The notes under the pieces were generated by a model. The model searched no databases. It was given only the letters and a program-made list of their open reading frames with translations, and had not been told where the DNA came from. Positions 18,090 through 27,486 of a stretch of DNA of 64,000 bases are shown here, piece after piece; position 1 is the first letter of the stretch; each line of letters opens with the position of its first letter. This DNA comes from Chloroflexota bacterium. GTDB lineage: Bacteria; Chloroflexota; Chloroflexia; Thermomicrobiales; UBA6265. Location: contig JAEWEG010000045.1 of NCBI GenBank assembly GCA_023389575.1, forward strand, positions 13,230-77,229. Direction: 5' to 3'. A program made the translations under genes and the position numbers.

Positions 18090-18992
18090 ATGCTGAACGA
18101 CAATACCCCGATCCTCGAAACCTCTACCCCGGAAGTCGTGGCCGACATCCCGTCTGTCACTGGCGAGGGGCCCCTGTGGAACGTGGCCGAACAGGCGATC
18201 TACTGGGTGGATATTCCCGCCGGGCGGCTCTACCGTCACGATCCGGCTGCGGACGTGGATCACGAAGTCCTCTACCAGCACGACGACGCCATCGGTGGCT
18301 TCACCTTTCAGGCCGACGGCTCGATCCTGCTCTTCTGCGCCCGAGGACAAATCCTGAAGTGGAACGGCGGCGAAATCACCACCATCGTCGAGGAAATCCC
18401 CGCCGAGGTCGACGGCCGCTTCAACGACGTGATCGCTGGCCCGGGTGGCCAGGTGTTCTGTGGCACCATGCCCACCGGTCCCGATCGGATTTCGCGCCTG
18501 TACCGGCTCGAACTCGACGGATCGCTCACCCTGCTGTTCGACGACCTTGGGCTGTCGAACGGCTTCGGCTTCAGCCTGGACGAGCGCACCATGTACCACA
18601 CCGACACCGGCAAGCGATTGATCCATCGCATGGATCTCGATCCCGCCACGGGGGAGGTCGGCAACCGCGAAGTCCTCGTGGAGACTCCGGAGGGACACGG
18701 TGGGCCAGACGGCATGGCCGTGGACGCGACCGGCAACATCTGGTCCGCTCGCTGGGACGGTCACGCGCTGTTCCATTACAGCGCCACTGGCGAACTCCTC
18801 GGCAAGGTCCCGTTCCCGGTCCGCAAGGTCTCCAGCATCGGTTTCGGTGGCCCGGACCTGGAGACGGCCTACGTAACGACCGCTGGCGGCCAGGATCGCG
18901 GCCCGGTCGAGGGCGAACTGGCGGGATCACTCTTCCGCGTGGACCTGGGGGTGCGTGGCCGACCCGGCTTCCATTCGAAGGTCCTCATCTAG
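18090..18992 (+). CDS. SMP-30/gluconolactonase/LRE family lactonase
   Basis: GEGPLWN, LSNGFGFS, PDGMAVD, ARWDG beta-propeller motifs. Lies 27 nt after the aldolase gene. Confidence 0.8.
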   Translation: MLNDNTPILETSTPEVVADIPSVTGEGPLWNVAEQAIYWVDIPAGRLYRHDPAADVDHEVLYQHDDAIGGFTFQADGSILLFCARGQILKWNGGEITTIVEEIPAEVDGRFNDVIAGPGGQVFCGTMPTGPDRISRLYRLELDGSLTLLFDDLGLSNGFGFSLDERTMYHTDTGKRLIHRMDLDPATGEVGNREVLVETPEGHGGPDGMAVDATGNIWSARWDGHALFHYSATGELLGKVPFPVRKVSSIGFGGPDLETAYVTTAGGQDRGPVEGELAGSLFRVDLGVRGRPGFHSKVLI

Positions 18993-19080
18993 CGAGCACC
19001 CGCCCAAAACGGGCGAAGACAAGCTTCGCCACTACCGTGGGCACCAGAGGTTCAACCTGGCTCGGCATCATTGACGCAAC

Positions 19081-19110
19081 GAGGCCCGGCGACTCACGCC
19101 GCCGGGCCTC
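19081..19110. terminator. Bidirectional hairpin between convergent genes
   Basis: GAGGCCCGGCG-(8 nt)-CGCCGGGCCTC, an 11-bp perfect stem. Confidence 0.55.
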
Positions 19111-19134
19111 TCCAAACTCTTTGCCGATGGTCCG

Positions 19135-19998
19135 TTACGAGTCCCTGAACGCCGTTCGCACGATCAGGAGCCCATCCGGAATCCCCTCGTTCGGATGCGC
19201 CTTGCCCTCGAACTCGATCGAGATGTACCCGTTGTAGTTGATCTCTCCGAGCAACGTCGCCACCTGCGCATAGTCGATGTCCGGGCTGACGACCATGCCA
19301 CCGCCCAGGTACACCTTCGCGTGCAGGATCGCCAGGTCATCGAAGAACATCTGCATCGCCGCGTATGGGTCCGGCAACTGGAAGAAATTGCCGGTGTCCA
19401 GCACGTACTTCAGCCACGGCGAATTGACGCCGTCGTGAATCCGCTTGCACCCCTCCGGTGTCCCGGTCAGGCCCCAGTGGTTCTCCAGCACCAGCGTCAC
19501 GCCTCGAGACCCGGCGTACTCCGCGCCCTGCTTCAGCGCATCGATCGCCCACTCGTAGCTCTCGTCGATCGTGTACCCCTCGGCGGGCGGCTCCTCGCCC
19601 TGGTTGTCCCACATCTCCTTGAACGAGCCGAGCGTGTGCCACCGGCCGCCGAGCGCCCGCACGAACGGCGCGCCAAGCGCGTCGGCCGCGTCGATCGCCG
19701 TCTTCAGCTTCTCCAGTTCAGCCGCCCTGCCCTCCGGCGTGGTCTGTACCGGATTGTGGGAAGCCGCCAGCGTGACCGGCGTGATGCCGCGCATGGCGGC
19801 GTACTGGTGCAACCTGGCCAGCGACTCCGGCGAGGTCTTGTCGTTCAGCACGAGGTGCTCCCACAGCAGCTCGATGCCATCAACGCCGTAGTCCACGCAG
19901 CGGTCGATCATCTGCTCGATGGTCGGGGCGTCCTTGCCTTCCGGGCCGCCACCGAACCGGTGAAACGAGTAGGATGAAATCGCTATTTTCACTGCCAC
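19135..19998 (-). CDS. Sugar phosphate isomerase/epimerase (xylose isomerase-like TIM barrel)
   Basis: VDGIEL, LVLENHWG, ISIEFEG motifs. Confidence 0.75.
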   Translation of the reverse strand: MAVKIAISSYSFHRFGGGPEGKDAPTIEQMIDRCVDYGVDGIELLWEHLVLNDKTSPESLARLHQYAAMRGITPVTLAASHNPVQTTPEGRAAELEKLKTAIDAADALGAPFVRALGGRWHTLGSFKEMWDNQGEEPPAEGYTIDESYEWAIDALKQGAEYAGSRGVTLVLENHWGLTGTPEGCKRIHDGVNSPWLKYVLDTGNFFQLPDPYAAMQMFFDDLAILHAKVYLGGGMVVSPDIDYAQVATLLGEINYNGYISIEFEGKAHPNEGIPDGLLIVRTAFRDS

Positions 19999-20124
19999 TG
20001 ATTAAACTCCCGCCATTACCAATCTTCCGGCTCACGGCAACCGCCGCGAGCCGTGTCGCCTTGAGCATCCCATTGATCGCCATGGGTGTCACGCGCCATC
20101 CGGGCGGTTCGAGACAATCCCGCG

Positions 20125-20694
20125 TCAGCCTCGATCTTCCAGCCAGTACTCTGGGAAACGCTCCCTGAACTCCTCGACGGTTAGTCCGAACCACAGCAGA
20201 TCGCTGAACTCACCGCGCCTGTACACGCTGCGACGCTGCCGTCCCTCGAGTTGAAACCCCAGCGACTCGTGCAGCGCCGTGGATGCCGGGTTGATCGCGT
20301 ACACTCCCACATTCGCCTTCTGGTACCGCAACTCCTGGAAGTAATACCGGAGTACAAGGCAGATCGCTTCCTTCGCGTATCCCTTCTGGCGATGCTCCTC
20401 GAACACGTGGAGGCCGTAGCTCACCAAGCCCACCCGGCCGTCGCAATGGTGCGTCGCGATGCCGCCCACCAGTTCCCCGGCCAGCGATTCCATCTGGAAC
20501 GAGAACTCCTGGTTCTCGAACCCCTGCTGGGCCTTCCGTCCTGTCCACTCCTCTTCTCGCGCCAGCGATCCCGGGGGATATCGCATGTCGAGCAGGTCCG
20601 ATTCCATTGCCTGGTTGAAGGCATGGTGGGCGGCGGCATCGCCTGGCTCAACCGACCGCAACCGAATGAGACGCCCTTCCCAATAATTCTTCAC
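20125..20694 (-). CDS. GNAT family N-acetyltransferase (RimJ/RimL-like)
   Basis: GTG start. GNAT core: VFEEHRQKGYAKEAI, then NPASTALHESLGF. Confidence 0.75.
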   Translation of the reverse strand: MKNYWEGRLIRLRSVEPGDAAAHHAFNQAMESDLLDMRYPPGSLAREEEWTGRKAQQGFENQEFSFQMESLAGELVGGIATHHCDGRVGLVSYGLHVFEEHRQKGYAKEAICLVLRYYFQELRYQKANVGVYAINPASTALHESLGFQLEGRQRRSVYRRGEFSDLLWFGLTVEEFRERFPEYWLEDRG

Positions 20695-20823
20695 AAAATC
20701 GCTATCCTCTTTGAACGGGGCTCCCGCCTATCCAACTGAAAGTGCCACATGATGCGAGAGCGCGGTACCATTACCCTTGCACAATCTCTGGCCCATGCGC
20801 GACATCATACCGGACGCAGGTGA

Positions 20824-21273
20824 ATGGACGATCAGGTTATCAGCCAAACAGATATCGTTCAGCGTGAGGCAGTGCCCTCCGCGAACCCACCCGCGGACCG
20901 CCAGGCAACCGTGCCCGGCTTTTCGCGACTGCTCGAGCGTCTGCGCGACGAGCGAGGCTGGTCCAAGGCCGACCTCGCCAAGCGGGCCGGGCTCGATCCC
21001 AGCTCCATTACCCGATTCGAACAAGGGAATCGCCACCCCGACCGGGACACGGTCCTTCACCTGGCGAACACCATGTCACTGCCGTTGGTCGACCGCGACC
21101 TTCTCCTCGCCTCGGCCGGGTATCGCTCCGACCTGTGGGACGATCCGCTGCTGGTCGATCTCTCCCACCTGTTGACCGATCGTGATATCGCCGATCACGT
21201 GCGCGAAGAGGTGCGGACCATCCTTCGAGCCGCGCTGGCCTATGGGCGGCTCAGCCGTCTCGACTCCCCGTAG
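20824..21273 (+). CDS. XRE-family helix-turn-helix regulator
   Basis: HTH segment RDERGWSKADLAKRAGLDPSSITRFEQG. The C-terminal 70 aa are unassigned. Confidence 0.7.
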   Translation: MDDQVISQTDIVQREAVPSANPPADRQATVPGFSRLLERLRDERGWSKADLAKRAGLDPSSITRFEQGNRHPDRDTVLHLANTMSLPLVDRDLLLASAGYRSDLWDDPLLVDLSHLLTDRDIADHVREEVRTILRAALAYGRLSRLDSP

Positions 21274-21304
21274 TCCGGCGCCCACGCCGGCAGGCTTCGA
21301 ACGC

Positions 21305-22642
21305 ATGCGTATCGCACCCGCTCCTCGACCACCCAGCATCGCATACCTGTCGAAGCTCCTGGCTTCCCTGGTCGCCTCCCTGGCGCTCGCCCTGTGTGGA
21401 CTTCCCTGGCTCGCGACACCTCCCGCCGTCGAAGCCACCGCGCCAGCCGCCTTCGCCCAGGACCAGCCAGAGCTGCCTCCAGTCGAACTCGACGCACTCG
21501 ACGGCAACCGCTGGTCGCTCACCAGCATCCAGGTCGCGCCGGGCCAGGTGATCCGCATCACCAACCGGGGGGCGATGGCCCACGACTTCACCATCGACGA
21601 ATGGGCCGTCAGCGTTCCCATTCCCACGCTGGAGACGGTCGAAGTGGTCGTGCCGGAGAATCTCACTCCAGGTCAGCAGTTCACGTACTACTGCACCGAG
21701 CCCGGCCACGCGGTGCTTGGCCAAACCGGAACCATCACCATTGTCACCCCCGAGCAGGTCCTCGCCTCCCAGCCCAACCGGGAAGGCACTTCCGCGCCCC
21801 AGCGCGTGGTGATCCAGACTGGCGACGATTTCTCGTTCTCCCCGGCGGCCATCGAGGTGACTCCGGGCCAGGTCATCGAGGTCCAGAACAACGGCGTGCT
21901 GGAACACCATTTCGTCGTCGACGAATGGGCGTTGAACGAAACGATTTCCGCCGGCGAGGTCAAGCTGGTGCAAATTCCGGCCGACGTCCGCCCCGGCGAT
22001 ACCTTCGTCTTCTATTGCTCGGTGCCCGGCCATCGGCCTGGCGGCATGGAAGGCACCATCACGATCCTGGAACCGACGGATTCCGGTGACGGTGGCGGAC
22101 CGTCCCTCCGCTCAGACGCCGACCTCAGCCAGTTCCTGCCCTCCGCCGACGCGCTAGGCAGCGGTTGGTCGCTGGTGCGAACGGGCAACGCCCGCGCCGT
22201 TCTGCCCGAATACGATAACGTGAGTGCCCGCGTGTTCCCTGGGGAAGGTCGTGGCGCGACCTATGTCGGACCGGCGGGCAGTCGCACGACGGTCATCGTC
22301 CTGCCGTTCGCGCCGCTCGACGCGCCCGCCAACCAGATCGAGGACGCCGTGCTCGCGGTACAGCTCATGCTGATGGTTGAGTGGGAAGCGGACCTCCGGC
22401 TCGGCGCCTCGCTCAACCAGATCGCGCCACCAGCCGGCTGCGACGCCGCCAACCGCGCCTCGGGAATCACCCGCGTCTACACGCTCCCGGCCGGGTCGAC
22501 GGTCTGCCAGCTGCGAAGCGTCGGGGTGGCGATCTTCGTCGCCGTGGAGGGCCAGTACGCTGAGTGGAGCGGGGTTGAAGCGGCCGACCAGGTTATCGCC
22601 CGGTTGCTCCAGCGAGCATCGACCTGGCGCCCTGCGGATTGA
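21305..22642 (+). CDS. Secreted protein with two cupredoxin domains plus an unassigned C-terminal domain
   Basis: ATG 21305 gives a signal-peptide-like N-terminus (LASLVASLALALCGLPWLA). Domain 1 has MAHDF...YYCTEPGHAVLGQ. Domain 2 has LEHHF...FYCSVPGHRPGGM. The last ~190 aa carry no recognisable motif. Confidence 0.75.
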   Translation: MRIAPAPRPPSIAYLSKLLASLVASLALALCGLPWLATPPAVEATAPAAFAQDQPELPPVELDALDGNRWSLTSIQVAPGQVIRITNRGAMAHDFTIDEWAVSVPIPTLETVEVVVPENLTPGQQFTYYCTEPGHAVLGQTGTITIVTPEQVLASQPNREGTSAPQRVVIQTGDDFSFSPAAIEVTPGQVIEVQNNGVLEHHFVVDEWALNETISAGEVKLVQIPADVRPGDTFVFYCSVPGHRPGGMEGTITILEPTDSGDGGGPSLRSDADLSQFLPSADALGSGWSLVRTGNARAVLPEYDNVSARVFPGEGRGATYVGPAGSRTTVIVLPFAPLDAPANQIEDAVLAVQLMLMVEWEADLRLGASLNQIAPPAGCDAANRASGITRVYTLPAGSTVCQLRSVGVAIFVAVEGQYAEWSGVEAADQVIARLLQRASTWRPAD

Positions 22643-22720
22643 GGGGCACATCGATTCCGGAAGCCAGAAGCCTACCGATCTGGTGGCGAATCGTTCGCCC
22701 CGTATCAGACGGCGCCGGTA

Positions 22721-23674
22721 TCAGACGCCTACCGGCCGGTAGAACTCGACGACCCCAAGGCCTTCGATGCCTAACGCCGGTGGGTCGAGATGCACGCTGG
22801 TCACGTTCAGCCCGGCGAACGGCGTGATCCCGAACCACCGGTTGAGATTCTCCTGCGGACGGTTGTACCCCTTGATCAGTGGCGTCACCCAGGCCACCAC
22901 CCGCACATCCGTCTCTATCGGGCGATCATCTCCGGTTCGCGCCCGGTACCGGGCGATGAAGCGCTCCACGGCCGCCGCGCCCACGATGATCGCGCTCTCG
23001 CTCACCGCCTGGCTCATCGTCGCCTTGTCGATGATGTCGTCCGCCCCGGCCACCCGGACCGACAGCGTCACGGAATCAGCCCCGGCCTGCGCCTCCAACT
23101 GGGGCCCCACGATCGAATCCACGATGTCCTGTGTGGCCGAGAGATCCGCGCTCATCACCACATCGCCGTCGCCGGTGTACGACGGAATGACGAACGATCC
23201 GGCGGGGTAACGGGCCGAATCAGCCTCCGGAACGTGCTTTTGCTTCTTCAACAGCAACGCCGGAATCCCGGACATCACCGAATACATCGACCCGACCGGA
23301 TACCCCGACATGCCCGGCACCACCAGCAGGTTTACCTGCTTCTCATGGAGGTAATCAGCCGCTTCCTGGACGTGATCCCGGATGTAATCGGGCCGGGCCG
23401 CGGTTTTGAGCAGGCTCCCGTACTCGATGCCGGCCCCGCCGCCCGGAAACATCGCCGTCTGGCCCAGGCGCAGCAACCCGGCCAGCATCGACTTCGCGCC
23501 CGGCGTCAGGTCGCATGCCTCCAACGCGTCCTTCAGCGTGGCGAACGGAATCACGGACGTCATCTCCGCGACCTGTTGCGGATCGATCGATTCGTGCGGG
23601 CGCTCGTACCGCTTGAGGATGGTGCCATCCTCCGCGATGGGGTGTAAGCCGTGATTCGGGTCCTGGTCTGCCAT
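22721..23674 (-). CDS. Hypothetical protein with weak type-I phosphoribosyltransferase-like motifs
   Basis: ATG 23674 follows AAGGAAA. NLLVVPGMSGYPVGS and VRVAGADDIIDKATMS loosely resemble the PRTase fold and PRPP loop. It is co-directional with the ABC permease and 45 nt downstream of it. The coding call is confident; the functional label is not. Confidence 0.5.
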   Translation of the reverse strand: MADQDPNHGLHPIAEDGTILKRYERPHESIDPQQVAEMTSVIPFATLKDALEACDLTPGAKSMLAGLLRLGQTAMFPGGGAGIEYGSLLKTAARPDYIRDHVQEAADYLHEKQVNLLVVPGMSGYPVGSMYSVMSGIPALLLKKQKHVPEADSARYPAGSFVIPSYTGDGDVVMSADLSATQDIVDSIVGPQLEAQAGADSVTLSVRVAGADDIIDKATMSQAVSESAIIVGAAAVERFIARYRARTGDDRPIETDVRVVAWVTPLIKGYNRPQENLNRWFGITPFAGLNVTSVHLDPPALGIEGLGVVEFYRPVGV

Positions 23675-23719
23675 GCTCGGGTGAATTTCCTTGCTTGCGC
23701 GAGTAGTCAAAGGTTCGGG

Positions 23720-24664
23720 TTAGCGTTCTTCGCGGATGTACGCCTTGCCCAGCGCGGCGGGCTGCCCTATGCGAAGGCGACGGGTGCGCAGGGTGGAGAA
23801 CACCAGCACCGCGATGGTGAACAGGTAGGGCAGCATGTTGAGGAAGAAGGCCGATACCGGCACGTTGATGCCCTGGAGACGGAACTGGCCGGCCTCCACC
23901 GCGCCAAACAGGAACGCGCCCGCCGCCACCCGCATCGGGTTCCAGGTGCCGAAGATCACCAGCGCCACGGCGATCCAGCCACGCCCTGCGGTCATGTTCT
24001 CTGCCCAGCCAGGGTTCGTCGCCAGCGATATCGCCGCGCCGCCGATCCCGGCGAACGCTCCACCGAGGATAACGTAGACGTAGCGCAGGCGAGCGATGTT
24101 GAGTCCCATGGCGTCGGCGGTCGCGGGATTCTCACCCACGGCCCGGAGGTTCAATCCCGGCCTGGTCCGGTATACGTACCACCACAGCGCCGGCGCGATG
24201 AAATAGGACGCGTACACCAGCACATTCTGGTTGAAGAGGATGTTCCCTATCCCCGGAATGTCGCCCAGGATCGGAATGTCGAGCCGCGAGAACCTGGCCG
24301 GCGCCGGTTTCCCCACCAGCGATGCGCCCAGGAACGAGGACAGGCCGCCACCGAATATGGTGAGGGCCAGGCCGCACACCACCTGGTTCGCCCGGAACGA
24401 CACCGTCAGCACCGCGTGAATCGAGGCCATGAGCGCCCCAACCAGGATCGCGCCGATCAGTCCCAGCCAGGCCGAGTCGGTCCAGTAACACACGGCGAAC
24501 CCGCCGAGCGCGCCCATCAGCATCATGCCCTCGACGCCAAGGTTGATCACGCCCGATCGTTCGGCGAGCACCTCTCCCAGCGACGCGTACAGGATCGCGA
24601 CCCCGCTGGTCATCGCGGCGGCCAGCACCGAGGTCAGGAACGATATGGTGAATGCGTCGCTCAC
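23720..24664 (-). CDS. ABC transporter permease (BMP/nucleoside-type)
   Basis: Polytopic membrane protein with a 4-nt start/stop overlap with the upstream permease. Confidence 0.85.
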   Translation of the reverse strand: MSDAFTISFLTSVLAAAMTSGVAILYASLGEVLAERSGVINLGVEGMMLMGALGGFAVCYWTDSAWLGLIGAILVGALMASIHAVLTVSFRANQVVCGLALTIFGGGLSSFLGASLVGKPAPARFSRLDIPILGDIPGIGNILFNQNVLVYASYFIAPALWWYVYRTRPGLNLRAVGENPATADAMGLNIARLRYVYVILGGAFAGIGGAAISLATNPGWAENMTAGRGWIAVALVIFGTWNPMRVAAGAFLFGAVEAGQFRLQGINVPVSAFFLNMLPYLFTIAVLVFSTLRTRRLRIGQPAALGKAYIREER

Positions 24665-25776
24665 GCCCGGCTCCCTTCGCCCGCGATTCGCACGATCCGG
24701 TACCGGGTCAGCAGGTCACCGCCCAGGAGGAAGAACAGGATGATGCCCTGGAGCATCGGCGCGATGGCCGATGACAATCCGAGCGAGAGTTGTATCTGCT
24801 CGCCGCCGACCATGAGGGCCGCCAGCAGGTATGCCACAAGGATGATGCCGAACGGATTCAGCCGTCCCAGCCACGCCACGATGATCGCCGTGTACCCGTA
24901 CCCCGGTGAAAGGTCCCGCTGCAACGAGTGACCGATTCCGCCCACCTCGGCCATCCCCGCCAGGCCCGCGAGGGCACCACTCACGATCATCACGACAACG
25001 ATGTTCCGCGCCGTCGCCATTCCGGCATACTTCGCCACCCGTTCGCTGTTTCCGGCGATCGAGATTTCATACCCCCACCGCGTGCGCTGGAACACGAGGT
25101 ACAGGATCACGGCGACCACCAACCCGAACGCCAGGCCAAGATGCACCCTGGTCGTTCCCCAGGTCGGCAGGTACGTCGCCGCCGGAAACGTCTCCGTGCC
25201 CGGGAAGCCGAATCCCACCGGATTCTTCCAGGGCCCATGCACCAGCCACGAGGAAAACAGGATCGCCACGTAGTTCAGCATCAACGACGTGATCGTCTCG
25301 TTGACCCCGAAATACCCGCGCAGCACGCCCGGTATCGCGCCCCAGAGCGCCCCGCCGATCAATCCGGCGACCATCATCGCCGGGATGACCACCCACGAAC
25401 CGGCGTCCGGCAGCGCGAACAGCGCCACCCAGGTCGCGAAGATCGCCCCGAAATAGAACTGCCCCTCGGCCCCGATATTCCAGAGCTGCATTCGGAACGC
25501 GACGGACACGCCCAACCCGGTCAGCAGCAGCGGGATCATCTTGACGAGCGTTTCCGAGCGCTTGTAGCCCGAACCGAACGCGCCATCAAACATCGTCCTG
25601 TACACGGTGAACGGGTTCTCGCCAACCATCAGGATGATGGCGCACCCCACCACCAGCGCCGCCAGGATACTGATGATCGGCACCAGCACCTGGGCCGCCA
25701 GCGACGGCTTGGCCACGCGCTCCAGCTTCCAGCCTCGCGCGGGAGTTCCTGGAACCGTTCTCACTGGCGTGCTCAT
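24661..25776 (-). CDS. ABC transporter permease (BMP/nucleoside-type)
   Basis: Polytopic membrane protein with a 4-nt overlap with the ATPase gene. Confidence 0.85.
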   Translation of the reverse strand: MSTPVRTVPGTPARGWKLERVAKPSLAAQVLVPIISILAALVVGCAIILMVGENPFTVYRTMFDGAFGSGYKRSETLVKMIPLLLTGLGVSVAFRMQLWNIGAEGQFYFGAIFATWVALFALPDAGSWVVIPAMMVAGLIGGALWGAIPGVLRGYFGVNETITSLMLNYVAILFSSWLVHGPWKNPVGFGFPGTETFPAATYLPTWGTTRVHLGLAFGLVVAVILYLVFQRTRWGYEISIAGNSERVAKYAGMATARNIVVVMIVSGALAGLAGMAEVGGIGHSLQRDLSPGYGYTAIIVAWLGRLNPFGIILVAYLLAALMVGGEQIQLSLGLSSAIAPMLQGIILFFLLGGDLLTRYRIVRIAGEGSRA

Positions 25777-27365
25777 GCCGGCGTTGCCTGGGCGATGTCG
25801 TCGAGTCGCGTTCCGGCCATCATCATGCCAATCGTCTCGGCGTCGGCTTCATGGGGGCGAACGGTGCCCATCAGTTCCCCTTCATACATCACGGCGATCC
25901 GGTCGCAGAGATGGATCAACTCCTCCAGGTCCTCCGATATCAGGAGCGTCGCCGCCCCCCGCGCCCGCTGCTCGCGCAACACCCGATGAATCGCCTCCGA
26001 GGCGCCGACATCGACACCCCGTGTGGGATGCACCGCCACGATCGCGGCCGGTTCCCCAGCGAGTTCCCGCGCGATGAGCAGCTTCTGCTGGTTCCCGCCC
26101 GAAAGTTCCCGCAGGCGGGCGTTGCGGTCGGCCGGATTCACGTCGTAATCCTGGATAAGCGTATCGGTGAACCGGTTGATCGCCGACTGCATCAGCATTG
26201 GCCCGCGCGCGATCGGCTGGCGGCGAAACGCCCGCATGATCGCGTTGCTCCGCAGGTCGAGCGCGCCGACCAGGCCCGTTCCCAACCGGTCCTCCGGCAC
26301 GTGAGCCACCCCCGCCCGGGCGATCTGGCGCGGAGGCGCGTTGGTGATGTCCCGCCCCCGCAAGGTCACCGAGCCAGTCGTGGCCGGGCGCAACCCGGTG
26401 ATCACCTCGGCGAGTTCCCGCTGGCCATTCCCCGCCACCCCGGCGATGCCGAGCGTTTCACCGGCCCGGATCTCCAGCGACACGCCCCGCAGCGCCGCCG
26501 GTCCCTTGTCGCCCGCCGCGCCCAGGTTCGACAGCGCCAGGGTAGTCTCGCCAGCCTCGCGCGCCTCGACATCGCCCTCGTCCAGCAACACGCCGGCCAA
26601 TTCCCGGCCCACCATCATCCTGGCCAGCTCCCGCCGGTTCGCCTGGCCGGCGTCGACCGTGCCGACGATCGCGCCATGCCGCAGCACCGTGATCCTGTCG
26701 GCCACGGCCTCGACTTCGTCCAGCTTGTGGGAGATGAAGATCACGCAGTAGCCTTCGGCCGCCAGCGAACGAAGTGTCCTGATCAGGTCGGCGCTCTCCT
26801 GTGGGGTCAGCACCGCCGTCGGCTCGTCGAACACGAGCGTGGTGGCCCCGCGAATCAGGAGCCGGATGATTTCGACGCGCTGCTGTTCGCCCACCGAAAG
26901 TTGCCAGACCAGCGCCTTCGGATCGATGGCCATCCCGTATTTCTTGCTGTACTCGACGAGTTGCCGCTCCGCCCGCTCGAGGTTGAGCGCCAACCCCTCC
27001 GACGGCAGCCCCAGCACGATGTTTTCGGCCACCGTGAACGAGTCGACCAGCATGAAATGCTGATAGACCATCCCGATTCCGGCCGCGATGGCATCGGCTG
27101 GAGCACGGAACTGTACCGGCTGTCCCCCGATCCGCAGTTCGCCGGCATCGGGGCGATACAACCCGGCCAGGATGCTCATCAGGGTGGACTTGCCCGCGCC
27201 ATTCTCGCCAATCAGGGCGTGAACCTCGCCCTTGCGGGCCACGAAGGAGATGTCGTTATTCGCGACCACCGAACCGAATCGCTTGGTGATCCCCAGCATC
27301 GCCACGGCCTCCTCGTGCGCGGGGTGCGCCGAGGCGGCCGGGTCATTGTGAGTGGCCGGGTTCAT
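25773..27365 (-). CDS. ABC transporter ATP-binding protein, duplicated ATPase
   Basis: Walker A GENGAGKST and GVAGNGQRE. ABC signatures LSVGEQQRV and LSGGNQQK. Start uncertain: ATG 27365, TTG 27386 after GGAG, or TTG 27479. Confidence 0.9.
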   Translation of the reverse strand: MNPATHNDPAASAHPAHEEAVAMLGITKRFGSVVANNDISFVARKGEVHALIGENGAGKSTLMSILAGLYRPDAGELRIGGQPVQFRAPADAIAAGIGMVYQHFMLVDSFTVAENIVLGLPSEGLALNLERAERQLVEYSKKYGMAIDPKALVWQLSVGEQQRVEIIRLLIRGATTLVFDEPTAVLTPQESADLIRTLRSLAAEGYCVIFISHKLDEVEAVADRITVLRHGAIVGTVDAGQANRRELARMMVGRELAGVLLDEGDVEAREAGETTLALSNLGAAGDKGPAALRGVSLEIRAGETLGIAGVAGNGQRELAEVITGLRPATTGSVTLRGRDITNAPPRQIARAGVAHVPEDRLGTGLVGALDLRSNAIMRAFRRQPIARGPMLMQSAINRFTDTLIQDYDVNPADRNARLRELSGGNQQKLLIARELAGEPAAIVAVHPTRGVDVGASEAIHRVLREQRARGAATLLISEDLEELIHLCDRIAVMYEGELMGTVRPHEADAETIGMMMAGTRLDDIAQATPA

Positions 27366-27486
27366 CGAAGGGGGATGATCGGACAACGTCGCGAACTCCA
27401 AATTGTGCGGGGCGTGACGGGCGGCTCCGGAGGCGACCGGATTCAACAGGTGGAGTGTACCCGAATCACGCCGCGCCAATCCGGCC

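Noticed and set aside
20125-21273. The GNAT acetyltransferase and XRE regulator as a GNAT-type toxin-antitoxin pair.
   Set aside because: The genes are divergent rather than co-transcribed. The GNAT is a RimJ/RimL-like 189-aa enzyme. The XRE gene is instead coupled to the downstream cupredoxin gene.
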